A DNA stretch of 33,174 bases from positions 1 to 33,174 of the forward strand of contig ADNK01002213.1 of assembly GCA_000320545.1 (NCBI GenBank), in the 5' to 3' direction. Below the pieces are notes generated by a model. That model was not told the DNA's origin. It saw only the letters and a list, made by a program, of their open reading frames with translations, and ran no database searches. Source of the DNA: Bigelowiella natans CCMP2755. Taxonomy: Eukaryota > Protista > Cercozoa. Shown piece after piece: positions 1 to 14,730 of this stretch. How positions within the stretch are numbered: the first letter of the stretch is position 1; each line of letters starts with the position of its first letter. The translations under genes and the position numbers were made by a program.

Positions 1-26
1 AGAGAGAGAGAGAGATAGAGAGAGAG
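1..26. repeat. (AG)n microsatellite
   Basis: Directly visible, with one interruption. Confidence 0.9.
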
Positions 27-140
27 GAAACGATGAAAAAGTTAAAGAACATGTCTGAAAGAACCTCTCTAAAACATAAATTCCAGTAAAAACCAACTTA
101 AAGCTTAAAATTGCTTCTTCCAAATTCCTCACAAACGTAC

Positions 141-3007
141 CTCAGAAACACATTTTCCGGAAGGAATCGAGCAGCGTCTACATACACGTTCAATCTGGTA
201 CAGTCCAAAGAGTATATATTCTTAGTCTCACGTTTCAATTTAGATACACTCTCATCTTCAGCCGGAGCGAAGCTCATGTTATAAATGCATGAGTCTTAAT
301 CGCAGAGGCAGACTTTGCATATTAGAGCAAATGGAAGTGCTACTATTTGTACGCATCATCGTCGTTGTCCTATTGCATACCCGTCTCCAGACTCGAACGT
401 AATGTCCTTCGACTGGTGAACGTGTAGTATCCATGGAAGGTTGGATCCTCCTTTCGTCTTTTCCTACCCCCCCCCCCCCCAAGTAAGCACACATACATTG
501 ACATACGATAAGTCCACATATAATATTACGTATACTAGAACAGATTGGAAATTGCTAAAGGGCGGCGCAACAACAGAATATAGTAGTACCTCCATCAACG
601 GAACCTCCTCAGCTTCCTCAGGAGGAGGCAACTTGGGGTTATAAATGGACAAATCCAAAGCTCCTACCTGATTTCCCTATTCAAAAGGCAAATATATGCA
701 GTGAACGAGCAAATCTTCAATAATGGATTAATAAGGCTGCTAATACTTACCAGTAATTTTCCAAGATCAAAGAAGGACCCCCTTCGGTTTTCTTCGCGGC
801 CTTCATCTTTGCCCTCCTCGTCGGGACTGGACGCGGACTTGAGGCACTCTTTGATGCCGGTCTCAAAATCGATGGGGGGGGGGTGGAGCGACACTGGAGA
901 AGTTATTCTCGCCAGCCTGAGATATGCGATTGAAAGTCAAACTTATTTTGCTTGTAATAGACGCTGAATTATGTTCCCTCTGATGCTCCTTGTGAGGATA
1001 ATACCCAGACAGACGGAGTAATATAACACAGAAATAATGATATACATACCCCCATTCTGAGGGGCGTGATTTGCTATCATCCTCATCGTCTCCATTATTG
1101 TCTTCAAAATTATCCTCATCGTCACCTGATGGATACTATATCATGCCGTGGACATTGATCTGAAGAACTCCCTCCCCCTCAATTGCTAATTTGTCTGAGC
1201 GTAGGCTAAGATCTTATTCGTTATATACTAGATCATTTAAGGGGATTCTTACTTTGTTCCTCCAATTCATTCGTTGGGAAGAATAGTCTTTTGGTAAATA
1301 TCAAGCAAAATATGGTGATTGAGGCAATTGCATTCGTGAAAAGAGATGCAGGCTATCGCACCTATTTAGGCGCAAAATATGCTATGGTACAGCAACTTTT
1401 CTCTTTAAGAAATAGATAAATGACTGCACAAACGCGATCCGTACGCATATCCCGCATTGGAACGTTGTTTGGAACGAGCATGCAGCATTTTCAACCTCTA
1501 GAGGCAGCAACACGATGAAAATAAGCAGAATTATTACCTCAACATCGTCCACCCCATCAGCTTCTCTTTACTACCACTGCTCGATTTGCCAAAGGATGAG
1601 TCGGGCTGCTTGTAACAATGTACCATAAAAACCACAAAAACCTCTTTCAGATATGAACCAATCATTTTATACCTTTTGGCAAAGGAAAACTGCTCCTCAC
1701 TCTAGTATTCTATTTGTTGAGATGAAAAAGGAAACGTAGTGCGTATCAGGACGCCTTTGTTCGTATACCTTCCCAGAAGTATTGTTGGAGTGTTTCCTCT
1801 CATGCCCCTTTTGTTTCGTTTTATCCTTATCATCTTCAAGCGGTCTATCACTTCTAAGAAACGCCTTGACTAGCAGAAAGACATTCTTCCCCTGATTTGA
1901 TATCATATAAGTAGTTGTTCCGGAGAATAACAATACCAGTCGTTGTCAGTGCTACTTCTTGCGAAAACTGACGCATATTCACAACGTTCAAATTCTTGAT
2001 TAGTACCATGCATCCACAACTAATCATTCGAGACATGTCAAGATTCATTCAAACATTCAAAACATGCGCGACAAAGACGCCAATGACGGACTAAATAAAG
2101 CAGTAAGTTTCTGGGACGATTACATACTGGAGAAATCTTCCCGAAAACATGTCGACGAAGCCACCTACACGGAAGGCGGTATTCCGAAGCAAAACAAGCA
2201 CCAATTATGCACTAGAATCAACCTTCAAGTTGTGTTGATATCTATCTAAGGGAAGTTCTTTTCCAGATCCCCCTTCCTTCTACATTTTCCTCATTTTTTG
2301 AATAAGGATTTATCTTAATCTAGACTATCGGCATCAGAGTCGGCGAGAGGTGTAGATGTGTGTTGAACTCTATGAAGCTCCGTCTTATCTTGGTGGTGGT
2401 GATATCAGAGAGTTATACCGTGTTGTATTTAGTGCCCCAGAGATTCCTCTTTGTGCGTAGGGCAGCGTCCATCGTGGAATAGCCTCCTTCCACTTCGTAG
2501 CAGAACAAACAAGAATGGGATAGAATGCAGAAGCCATAAGAAGAAGAAAGTCGAGAGAAATATAATGCTTTGGTTAATATACGCACACACACACATACAC
2601 ACATATGTGCACATACGCGCAGAACATAGCATGTTGGATATTTGGTCACAAAATAAGAACATACATTCTTGATGTCGTAGTTGAAGTTTGCATCATTCTT
2701 CGGCCGCCAGACCTCGATCTGAGCCGCAACAACAACAAATTAATAAAATAAGTAGGGCGAACATCGATAGCTAAGAATTTCCTTCTGTATGATGAGAAAT
2801 TTCAAATACTACTTTCCATCATTGTAAAGATTATGAATAATATGACCGATATCTCTCACCGTCACCATTTCAATAAATTCGTATAGTAACCTGCAATCTG
2901 GAGTATTGTGGATCTTCCAAAGCATTCCATTCCATGCTTGTCACTAGCAGGCCAAACTAGGTTTTCAACCAACACAGCACACAACACAAACAACACGCAC
3001 GCACACA

Positions 3008-3067
<60 letters not shown>

Positions 3068-3744
3068 GAATCATATTACCACGCGTTGCTTATAATCGAT
3101 AAGCTACATGTATAACTCATCATCTTCCTAATGCTACTACCGATTGCTCTTCCGCCTACCAATCCGATATTGCGCCATGGAGAAGACACCGAAACACACA
3201 TATCATTACTATACGTGAGAAGAGACCAATAAAAGTCACTGTAAAACTATGGCAGCACCTAACACCTCTCAAAGAAATAAATGCATCTGTACATGCAAAT
3301 GAATGCATGTTTATTTATAGATGCTGAGTATTCTTTGAAGCTTATAAAAGCAAGCAGCTGAATTATTTGTCCAATCTAAAGAAATAGTAAAAACAAAAAC
3401 ACCAACGAATCCCATTCTACCTTCTTTCCTGCTTGATCTTCTTCTCTCTCTTCCTCGTCTGCACTGTCCTTTTTATCACTTTCAGCCTCCTTTTTCTTTT
3501 TTAAAGTGGTGAAAAGATGCACGCGATAGATGTGAGCGCCACCTCATCGCTTAGAAGTCAAGAATAGCAAGAATATTCATCCCAAGAGAATAAAAATGTT
3601 CCCCAGTTGTTGCCTCCTCTCTTAAAAAACGCACATTTTTACATGTGTAGTAGTAACCTCATTCTCGTCGTCTGCTGTTGTCACAGTTGTGCTGCATGAG
3701 GAGAGTAGACGAAGGGAAATGCACACTATCAGATTGTTGGCCAT
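141..3744 (-). CDS. Multi-exon hypothetical protein; 3' end lies off the left edge
   Basis: GT-AG bounded exons join in frame: 751-916 (RLARITSPVSLHPPPIDFETGIKECLK...FFDLGKLL), ~590-667 (VGALDLSIYNPKLPPPEEAEEVPLME), ~381-463 (EKTKGGSNLPWILHVHQSKDITFESGD). Further exon-like blocks lie near 1770-2020, 2130-2210 and 3421-3540, with a donor at 140. The candidate ATG at 3744 is tentative, the full model is unresolved and no family was recognised. Confidence 0.5.
3003..3063. repeat. Compound (AC)n(AG)n microsatellite, intronic
   Basis: Directly visible. Confidence 0.95.
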
Positions 3745-3854
3745 TTTCTAGCATTCTTAGGGTATGAAATTTGGTCTTAAAATCGACAGTTATTTACTAA
3801 TGTAAAAAACGAGAAGCAGCCATAACAGCCTAAAATAGCAAATTGTTGTCGTTC

Positions 3855-3977
3855 CTACTCCGAATCATCATCTGAGTTGTTTTCACCCTATTTTTATCAA
3901 ACACGTACATCGTGCATCAGCAATGATGAAAACCATACACAAACCGAATATTCTAGATATCTATACTGCATATTAGG

Positions 3978-4013
<36 letters not shown>

Positions 4014-4213
4014 CATTTATACTTCACACGAAACACGTATTTGGATGTGATATATATCAATACCTCTTTATTTTCTTGCACAGGCTTCGGCGGTGCAGCA
4101 GCTCGGCTTGAACTCCGATTGCTTTGTCTCGGTCTAGTTGGCGTCCAATTTCTTCCAACAAATGCACATATTATTCACTGAACATAATAGAGTAAAGAGG
4201 TATGGGGAATGAC

Positions 4214-4262
<49 letters not shown>

Positions 4263-5482
4263 AGGAGGTTAAGAGAAGGGAGACCTTGGACGTGCATATG
4301 GTCGGTATGGCTGATAGAAAGCTGAATTCTCAGACGCCTTCATCTGCAGTGCTTGCTGGTTCATATCCTGCATGAATCAATCGTCATTATATCTTAAAAG
4401 TAAATCTACCATCTTATTCAGTGCTACTGTGCTTATCATCATCATCATCATCATCATCATAATCATCATCACTACTACTTGCGTGGGAAGCAAACGGAGA
4501 TAGATAGAGCACAAAGGGACAACGGCCGTCACCTAAACACCAACCAAAACAAAGCACAATTGTATTAGCAACTATTCAAACTCACGACCACAAAACAGCC
4601 GCACCTCTGCGAGAGAAGCGAATATTGAGCTTAGAAGAAGCAGAAATAATGTAAGTCCCATGACTCGTGGATAAATGAGTCGTAGGATGAATATTATCGG
4701 TGTTAGTGTTATAATCATCGTACTCCTAAAAGTGCGCTGGTAGCATCTAAGCGTAACGGAGGTCTATGCAGGGGTACCTATAGTAACGCAAATAAATACA
4801 TATACTTTAATACCATGCAAAAACATCAATGGGTTACGTTGCATGTGTGCGTTTCAATATTATCGATTAGCATCGTCTGTAGAATTGCACTTATGGTGAG
4901 ATAGGAAAGCACACAAGACGAAGATGACGGCAAACTGACCCTCCACCAGCCTGTATTGAGCGATTTATCACTGTTGAAGAGATGAAGAGAAGACCACCCA
5001 ACTGGTAGAAGATTAAACAGAATGAAAGAGTAGTATTAGGGGAGGAAATAACACACAAATTCACCACACGATATTTGCAAACGGCATTCCTATGTACTAC
5101 TATGTTCATGTGTAAGTCCCCCAATTTGGTAATGACGATTCGATGACTGACCTGTCGTTGTTTTGCGTGTTTTTTCGTTGAAAATCTAACAGCATTCGTT
5201 CCACAAAGCGGTTAGTAGCAGCCGGACACATGCGAGACCAGAGATTTATACACAGCAACAAACGCACAAAATAAGCGAACAAACTACCTGCACTTGTACC
5301 AACAGCCTGCTCTGAGGGTTGACTGCCAACGACCCTGTGGATTGGTTGAATGGCGGAGAAAGATGAGGCTCGCAATAATCGATGGTACTCTGCATGCAAT
5401 TGGGGTGTGTGGTGGTGAATCATCATCACCGAGATCGACTTTCTTGTTGATGGTTGCCTTGAACATCTGCGTCTGGGCGTCC

Positions 5483-5523
<41 letters not shown>

Positions 5524-5650
5524 GCGATTGTTGAGGCAAAATCGGATACGTTAGTCGTGGTTATGGTGGTAACTTCTCTAACAGAAAGGCGGGTATTTGT
5601 ATTGGTTGTAATGGATTTCTCACCATGATATATATTATAGATCTCTCTCG

Positions 5651-5709
<59 letters not shown>

Positions 5710-7806
5710 TGTGTGTGTTTGATAAAATCTTAGTTATTTGAATACCGCTGCTAGTGGATCATCGGTTGATACTTGTTCTACCACAGGCTTTTGTATTCGC
5801 TCAGCCTAACATGAGAATAATGAGGAGGAGATTGCATGCATTGTTATGAGGAGGTTCTTTATCTTCCTTTGCACTAAGTGACTGAATGTTGCATAGCATT
5901 CTCAATAGTTGGTGTAAGAAGAAGCAGAAAGTTAAAGTCTGCGATTTGACTGAAGAAACGAATTCGTAACTCCACGATGGGCTGCTGCTACTACTACTAC
6001 TACTTATACTAATATTTCAACTGCTACTGTAATACCTTTCCAACCAGTTTACCGTTATCTACCAACTGCCACATCACCTGATTATACACATGAACAGATC
6101 ATCGACATTATATTAACAGACAACATAATGCTGAATCATCATGAGATCTGGATGTGCGGCTCATGGTAGCAAGCACGAGCTGAAACAAATTTCGTCGCTT
6201 TCTGGAACCGTACCAAGGCGTTGAAAGGCCCTTGGCTTCTGAGCCCAAGAACGTAATCATACTGCACGAAGCAACCTGAAGAATGCGTCCAACTCACACA
6301 CAGAAAAATGGGTAATCACACCTCATATCCAAGCGTTGAGAAACCCATCCTCAAAAGATGCTTGGATATCATCATTCTCCACGCCATAACTACGGCGAAA
6401 CTACCTAAACGAGGGTCATAATCCGACGCTTCGATCTTGTTATCGCCCTATGTCCACAACACAACAACGCTTTCCTTAAAAAAGGAGGAAAATCTCCCAA
6501 TGAGCCATAGGGTTTTTTTAGCTATCACTCGTTGAGTTGACATCGATTTTGATGAAAATGCTACTGCATGACACATCTACAGAATCACGTGATATGAGGC
6601 TATACAAGTGAAAATCCTACCTCGATAGTACTGTATGTATACACTCTCGCAACAGGTATATGTATTTTCGGTACATCGCACATCACACCACAACACAGCA
6701 TTCATGATCAGCCCAAAGCAATCCAAATATTTATTTGTTGCAATGGCTGCTGCAGCACTACCCTGTCAGCGATCTTATCCTCGAGAATTTCTCTCGCCCT
6801 TTCAAGATTGATAAGCCGCAGCTCCTGTAGCAGCAAGCTTTCTCAGTGGCGCACACACATTTTGATTGACTTGTAATAACTCATACGAGCACGTGTATCG
6901 TTAGATTGACTGCATAGGGCGGGAGGGGGTGGGGGCTTCTTTTTTCTTTCCTTAGTACCACTGATCATGCTGCGTGGATGAACATACTTAAGCAGGTTCA
7001 AATATTACCTCTTCACGTTCTCTCCTCTTAGCTTCTTTGATCTCCTACTCGTTGATAAATGCAAGATAACCAGAGGAGGAGATGATGCAAGTTAGACTAC
7101 GAATTATGCCACACGATCATGAAATACTGAATCACTCTCCAATAAACAGCTGGAGATGTGATTGATATGCGTGCAGTAAAGCGGTGTATTGGGATGTTGC
7201 GTGAGAGACGTGTTCTGCAGAATAGACATCATTCATTGAATTGAGAACAACTCGTTTCCTACAGTTGCAGCCATAGGCACTCATTTGTTGTTCGTTACCC
7301 TTGCTTGTTCTTTCTCCCATTGCCTCTGTGCGGCTTCGATCTCACTATTAACCAACAATCGTATCATCAATATTGGGGGATCCAGATAAGAAACTTTAGA
7401 AGCATAGTCGGCGCAATTGGCACTAAATATAGTCAACATGCTGCAAACTGCAATACGCCTATGCTATAGAAGGAAAGATGGCACTCTTCAGAAACTCTTG
7501 AGAACATTCCTCCTAACGCATCGTTTTCCCCATAGAATGCCGCGTAACGTAGGATGTGAAAGAATTGCGTGACATATCAACCGTTGTTCAGATAAGATCT
7601 CGTGCTCAAAACGCAACTTTGTCTTTTCCACCAGGTGATCCTACACGGTTTTTAACACACATGAATATGTACGTTCGTACGCTGCTTGATATACTGCTCG
7701 TAGGTATCCAGTAATAGTAATGCTGCTGCAAGATCAGTGCTTTGCCTTTGCATCGCATTCAGACACACACATACACGTGCACAGGCGGGGGGAACTCATT
7801 CACACA

Positions 7807-7858
<52 letters not shown>

Positions 7859-10366
7859 GTATAAGTTGTATAGCTTGCTTCCCTCTGGTAATCGAGCCAT
7901 TTGCGTGTACCTTCGATGACAGAATCACATACCACAAAATGAACAGTCGATGGGCGAACAGCAGACATCAGAAATGAACGATAATAGCACAGAATATGGA
8001 ACTTACAAGGGGTCCATCTGTACTTGTTGAGAACCAGCCATAGGATTGATCCCTCCTCCTTCCATGTTCTTATTCATGGGTATCATCCCTCCGCCTCCCA
8101 TGGCCCCCATCATCATCATCATCTGCATCTGAGGTATAGGAGGAGGAGAGAAAAGACGAGCGACAACACCCATATACTATTAGGGTCATAGCTCACTCAT
8201 TCTCCCTTCTAGCTCCTACACTACTTCAAACACAATGTAGGTGAAATGGTATGTTTGGATGATGAGTAGTCCCCTCTAAGCGGCGACTTGACCTGCTGCT
8301 GATGCTGCCTCATTTCGCTTTGCATCCTGAGTTGTGTGTAGGATAGAGTTTTCACCCCGGCTAAGCCACACCTTTCATCTAAAGCATCATTTTTCTTGGA
8401 GTTGTTCAATGATATTCATAATGCTTCTTTTGATAGAATTATCTTCTTTGAGGACAATCATCACTGCTTCTCTTACAAGATGTCTACCCACCTCTCTTTC
8501 ATCCTCTCTGTCTCGTTCTCAGCCTTTCAGTAAAATAAGGAATGATCCGTCACTCGATAACAGATCAGAAAATGGAGGGGGGATGGGTAGAAGAGAAGAC
8601 TAGGAGAAAGACAGCATGTATCTACGCATGCATGAATGTATGGCAAATCTCTTCAGTTGTCGTGTACTATTTGACACAGTGGTTGCGAGTATGCATATGC
8701 TATCACCGCACCTTCTCTACCATCTCCTTCATCTCTTTCACCAAACGTGTCGCCGTGTCGCCTTGAGGAGTAGGTCTCGCTTCACCGTAATTTTCGTTGA
8801 CCCGTTGACCACTTTGCTGATGTTGGCGGGGGGGATTAGAATACCGCTCTTGGTGACGCGGAGAATAGCTGCTGTTCCGCCAACGATGACCCCCATAACG
8901 TCGTTTCTTCGCTTCTTCCATGTCCTTCAAAACCTGTGCAGGGGAAAAGGACGATGTAAAGAGAACACACATCTTCAGAGCTTTTGAGATTGTAAAAGAG
9001 GGAGGCAGGGAAATCGAGATGTAAGAATCACAATCAAACAACACAAAACCTTTATTCATCACGTTTTAGGCTGTTCCTGCTGCCGCTCTTAGAAGAACAT
9101 GGATGTTTGTTTGCTGTCATTACACCGATTACCTGTGCTTCTCTTTCTAACTCCGATAGAGTCTCAATGAGTGATTCTCTAGCAGGATCCGACGAAGGCC
9201 TATTTATTTCGTTCATCATAGCAATAACAAGAAAGGGAAAAGTATGAGACCAATAAATAGAATGAGTGACAGCCATCTGTTACCTTTTCAATATTTCGTG
9301 GCGAAGCTCTTCAATTTCCTCCAGAAGATTGCCCAACGGGCTATTCCTCTCCACAGCGCCCTCCTCCCCTGGACGGTGTGTTGTAATTTTAATAGCAACG
9401 TCGATATACTACTGTGAATATTGAACAGTAGTCTTCGGTCAATCGGTACCTGCAGCAGCTTGGAAGTCCTTATCTTGATCACACTTGTTCCGTGTCCTGC
9501 CTCCTCCCCTTTAATACCATTTTATTTGATGTTGTGCTCTTACTCATGTCGCTTCTTATGTTGTGGTGGAAAGTAGAAACTCCACTACATTTTCTCATGC
9601 ATGGTACTTGTGTAGAAATCGTGAGAATTCGCGCGCAAACACACACTCACACACACACACACACACATAAGATGCAAGCCTTTTCTCTTCAACATAATCT
9701 TCAAAGAAAACGGTAATTAATATGTTGCTTGGGAATTTCCTTACCATTTTCTGGCCTCGTCATCAACCTGTTCTCCGTTGTTGTTGTTACTACTGGTGCT
9801 ACTGCTTCTCCTTCCATCAAACTCGGTTCTCCTTCTCTGTCTTCTTCTTCCTAGGACACGACTGAAGAGGCGTTAATATTGAATCATCAATCGGAAATTT
9901 CTTAAAACAAAGAATAACCGACGTGCACTGTACCTTTTTCGCGGCCGCTGTTTAGCCGATTCGTCCTCTCCTACAGAATGGTCGGTATCACATAGATATA
10001 TTGACTTTTGTGGGCTTGTGTTAGCAAGAGTAGGATGATTACATAAAAACAATCCAATTAACTGAATATATTTTTTACTTTTTTATGCTTTGCGCACACG
10101 GCTGCTTTGTGTGGGGATCGTTCTTTGCTAGCACTGCATGGCAGCAAGTATACATTTTTGTTGAAGTGACCTGTAACTTTGATTGTAAGCGGCTGAGCAC
10201 CTGCTACTTTCGAGGCTGCTGCTGTTTTCGGGTCGGTCTCTAGGTAACTGTTCTCTTTGAGGTGCCTCGATAACCCACGTAACATCGTAGCCTTTTCCAC
10301 GGTGGAATTAAAGAGACCAAAGCCATCAATGAGCCAGCATAGTGCAAAGATATACGTGTTCATATG

Positions 10367-10406
<40 letters not shown>

Positions 10407-11583
10407 TCGTTACTATGACATACTTTTATGCTTTCTTACCTTCGATGAGTCCGTTGATAGGTCCTTGGCCATGTGTTTCATAGTAGATGCAAAGTTACCA
10501 GCGGGCTGCTCCGCCTCCTCCTCTTTCTCGATAGTCTCACCGGTTTTCCCTTCGAGGGCACTTATCTATACAGATAATCCACAAACAAGAAAAATAAAAT
10601 CTTTGAAAGAAGCCGATATCAGCAATATTTAGGTAATGCCCCTCTCCCTCTCACCATTATTGACCACACCCGCGAACGACGCATAAACACAATCCCAAAG
10701 CTCATGGAAACAATAAAGCTACTTGTCGATTCAGAATGAGTAGGTCCTTCTGGTGCTGCCGATCTTGCTCCGCAAGGGCCTTTTCCATGTCCTCCAAGTT
10801 CAATTCCTCCAGAATGGGTCAAAAAGGGTGAGAAGAGATTTGGCCAAATTGTGAGTGCCATAGAAGAATAACATATACTATGTAGGTGTGTGTGGCTTCC
10901 TTTTTGACTCAAAATCAATATGAATGCGTTTAAGAAAGTTAATATGGAATATTTCCTATCTCAGTATCTATTGGTCAGTGCAAACAACTCTCTCACAACA
11001 ACACCACCTGTTCCAAGCCGCTCTTCCCTGTAACATTAGCTTCGATAGATGTGTCATTCTTCCCTCCACCATCTTCCATTTTAACGCCTCTCTTCTCAAG
11101 CTCCTATTTATAAAAACAATGATATGATTATTAATCGTATCCCAACGAATCTTCTCTTTCTGATTTTCCCTCCTTACAGTTAGCAGCAAACCTTGGAAAG
11201 TTTCGCATTTTCCTCCTCAAGCTTTGTCCTCTCCATCTCGCTCTTAGCCGTGGCAGCTCCCTATTTTTGAGGGCAGAAACCGAGGGGAGGAAGAGAGCCG
11301 TGTTTTCATCAATACCATTTTCGAAATCTCTGGTTGGTGATCGACGTTCAGGGGGTCTATTCCCTCGCATATTAACGGTACTGCTACACGACTACAACTG
11401 CTAGCATTTAGCACTGCTGCCACCTTCCGGTACATCAAAGCGGCTGCACGTCCTCCGTCAAAAAACTCGTTTCGATTTCGGTTTCTTTGCACAATTTTGT
11501 CGCTTGTCACTGCGGCAGGGGATGTGGGTTGGCGATGAGAACAATGATATAATATGTGTGTATTTCATTGTGTATGTGTGTGC

Positions 11584-11614
<31 letters not shown>

Positions 11615-11632
11615 TGTGTGTGTTTGGGTGCA

Positions 11633-11677
<45 letters not shown>

Positions 11678-13733
11678 CTTCCAATACATTCTATCAAGAT
11701 CACCAGATACCATTAACAATAGGAAGGAGGTGTTTAGAAGAAGATCGAAATTGGACTGATAACCGAATTCTATGATTTTTTCCTCGACAAAAGTATATTT
11801 TTGCTATTTGTGGTATTTATGCGATGATGCTACCATCTCCACCCTCTCTTGAAGCAATAAGCCCTTCTTTATTCCTCAAGATCTGGAAGAAGCAAGGACA
11901 CATTCATATTGCCGTTCCCCCCGATTGTGAGCTGCTTAAAGGCGCATTCTACCTTCTTTGTCAACTCTTGGATGTCTTGCCGGAGCTTTTGTTGTTGCTC
12001 TACGAGCTTCGTCTTCTCAATCGCCAACGATTCGGCCTGTGTTGTTTGACATAGGCCAACACGTGCACAAAGAGAAATGGAATGCTCGATGGGGGGGGAG
12101 ACGTTGCAGCAAATACGAAATGAATTTGATGATTTTACCTTCTTCCGTTTCTCCTCGCAAAGAATCGATAGCGAGTCGCCGTCCAGTTGTCGGAGCCTTA
12201 TTGCAGTTACAGTATTGCAAGTTTCTTAGAATCTGCTTCTACACGCAAATAATGAAGAGAAGGAAAACGCTTCCATTCGTTTTCCTGATGAGATTCCTCA
12301 TACATACCAACATGCAACCTATTCGATAAATCTCCTCTCAACTATATCATCTTCGCATTATTAGCTTTACTTTTCTTGAATTCGCCTCTGCTCCACCTAA
12401 CATTGTTAATATGCTCGATTAGCGGAAAAAGTAATTTGGCAATTTGCTGCAGCTCGCTGCGACTCAGCTCAGGCGCGATTCATACTGTTTTGTCGTCATC
12501 TCGCTACAAAATGATGTTTTTTAGAACATATATGCAGTGGTGTTGGTTGTCGTCGCCATATATCTCGATTACTCTCCGTTGGAGTTGCTTTCTCCTCTTC
12601 TCCTGTAGCATGGATATCTACGCAGAACAGAGGAATGTAAGTAGAATTGATGAGGCATGCAGCATTTCGAGTGGTCTCGACGCTGTGGAATTTGTGATTC
12701 TTAACGTTAAATAATTCGGTTACAAGCCCTTTTTTCTCTCATACTTTGGTAGTTGCGATTTCGCATAGTTAGCATAAACGCTACACGTGAGCGTCTAACC
12801 TGATATTTCAATGCCGCAGTTCGCTTCTCCCTCTCCTGTATTATTTTGGCCTGGAATAGAGCAGCAAAGTCACCCTCTTCATTTATTGCCTCTTGTACGA
12901 AATGAAAAGGCACTAATAAACAAAAGCGGGGAAGAAACAGAGATATGTAGAGCTATACGACGATCTGCGCTAGAATTCTTCCTTGCTTAGAAGTGGATGA
13001 ACTTTTTGTTGGGAAAGGTAAGTCACGGCACTTGATTCTCTTTCATAGATTTGAGCTTAACCCCGAAGTTCTTTCGCTGCTCGAATTCCACCTAGATTGT
13101 CGTTAATATTACGAAACGACACACATCTCATCAGGCTACCAAAATTTAAGCTGAAAAGAAGCGCGTGGAGAATCGATATATTTTAGCCTTTTCACCATTT
13201 ACCATCGAAGCAACGATGCAGCAGCCGTTGTAGTTACTATTGTGCTATCAACATCGAAAACTAACTCTGACCTCTTCTTTGAGCTGCTGGAACATTTGTG
13301 GGTCTTTCGTTGACGACTTCCGTGCCTCTTCGATGGTCTTTGCTCCGATCTGATTCCCAATAACATTTATTTGATCATTGATAGAAATGGAGGCAAATGC
13401 GGAGAGAGGTATATGGGAAATCATCTAGTCTTACAAGAAATAGTAATTATTTTGTCGTCATCTTACCAATGAATCTTTAGACAATTCGCCCTTCTCAGCG
13501 AGAAACTTTCGGATATCGGCTAGAGTGGTAGCATTCCTGGTTCATAATCATCTCAGGCACGTCACAAATGGGGACCATTCACGAAAATACAGCCTACTCA
13601 CATTCTGTGCAACATCGACATCAACAAGGAACGAAGAGCAACCAAACTCGGTTGTCTGACACTATTTCGCGATATGCAATACCCTCGTTTTCCCGGTGCA
13701 CAAGCACAACACAACATGTTAAACTATATAACA

Positions 13734-13775
<42 letters not shown>

Positions 13776-14570
13776 AATAGTCACTGTTTTATTCACTAAC
13801 GCTTCAATTGTACCTCTCGCTGGTAAGAGAGCTTTTCGATTCTATCGATCGCTTGTCATTTATCTGGTGATTAAATAGTCGGCACGGGGTACAATATATT
13901 ATAAACGAGTTTCACATTCCGAATGAAGATGGATCCCTTGAAAATATACATGTATTGGGACAGTAGTTTTCGTTGATCGTCTTCGTTTTGTGCAGAGCGG
14001 CTTATGCATGTGCCTATGGCGTGTTGTACATGTATGATCTGGTGATACGGGTACCTGGAGCTCTGACACTATCTTCTTCACTCTCTTTTTGTCGCCAAAC
14101 CTTTCGTAGACGAATCATTCAGCGATAAATATACAGTGAGTGTCACGTAATAACCGCCTTGATGTGCTACAGAGAACATCATTCAGATACATGGAATAAC
14201 CGACTCTGTGTCGACACAGAAATGTGCCAGGTGCACTGCCAGCGCTTTCTTATCGCGGAAGCTGATTTGGGTTAAACAATAGCATCGCTTCTCAAGTGCT
14301 GAACGTTCCGATTCTAAAGCACTGGCGTCGTACCGAATGCCGCATTTCATGCAGCGTAGTGGGGCAGGGGAAGCTGTTCCCCTGCCCATCGTCGATAAGT
14401 CCGGCCCCAGCATTCAGATCATCATCTGGCGAAAAGAATTTAAGCAAAACAAAGCCTGCTGTCTCTCTTTCCCCCCCTCCCCAATGGACAGCATCCGGAT
14501 TGGTCTTTCTCGCTCGGGGAACTGGCTCCAAGAAGATTTCAGATACATCCCCCTTCTTTCTAGGTGTCAT
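3855..14570 (-). CDS. CCDC17: CCDC17-like protein (N-terminal C2H2/C2HC-type zinc finger, long coiled coil, conserved C-terminal domain); many exons
   Basis: ATG at 14570 (MTPRKKGD). Removing intron 14262-14333 gives RCMKCGIRFRDKKALAVHLAHFCVDTE, matching the CxxC-F-L-H-x3-FC N-terminus of CCDC17. Many E/K/Q/R-rich exons lie between 7 and 13.5 kb. C-terminal motifs GCFVQYDYVLGL (exon starting 6275) and VGWSSLHLFNSDKSLNTGWWR (exon starting 5001) resemble the CCDC17 motifs GFVIFYDF..GL and AWASLGLFD....LSGRWR as I recall them. The last exon is 3855-3887 (GENNSDDDSE*). Internal exons were not all mapped. Confidence 0.7.
4214..4259. repeat. (GA)n microsatellite, intronic (another at 3981-4011)
   Basis: Directly visible. 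Confidence 0.95.
5653..5718. repeat. Compound (CT)n(GT)n microsatellite, intronic; (TA)n at 5487-5520
   Basis: Directly visible. Confidence 0.95.
7801..7854. repeat. Compound (CA)n(GA)n microsatellite, intronic
   Basis: Directly visible. Confidence 0.95.
11575..11675. repeat. Compound (GC)n(GT)n and (AT)n microsatellites, intronic
   Basis: Directly visible. Confidence 0.95.
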
Positions 14571-14730
14571 GGCAGGGAATGAATAATACAAACTAGACAA
14601 AAATGACACTTTATTATTGTCGCAATGTAAAATCGGACTAAAATATGGGTAAAATGTGAAATACTCTTTGAACAGAACCCTCTGAAGAGCGTTATTACTT
14701 TGCAGTTACATTTCTCATGCAACAAGAGTC
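14571..14730. promoter_or_regulatory. Candidate compact bidirectional promoter
   Basis: Only 160 AT-rich nt separate the divergent start codons at 14570 (-) and 14731 (+). Confidence 0.45.

Noticed and set aside
141-3744. Possible CTC1/OB-fold identity of the left-hand gene (IIGACF, GCMVLIKNL, GAIACI fragments)
   Set aside because: The resemblances are only a few residues long and the exon chain is unresolved. It needs an HMM search of a transcript-based model.
11458-11759. ORFs with YIYI/HTHT/VCVC runs (also near 2.9, 7.8, 27.5 and 31.4 kb)
   Set aside because: Microsatellite translations, not proteins.
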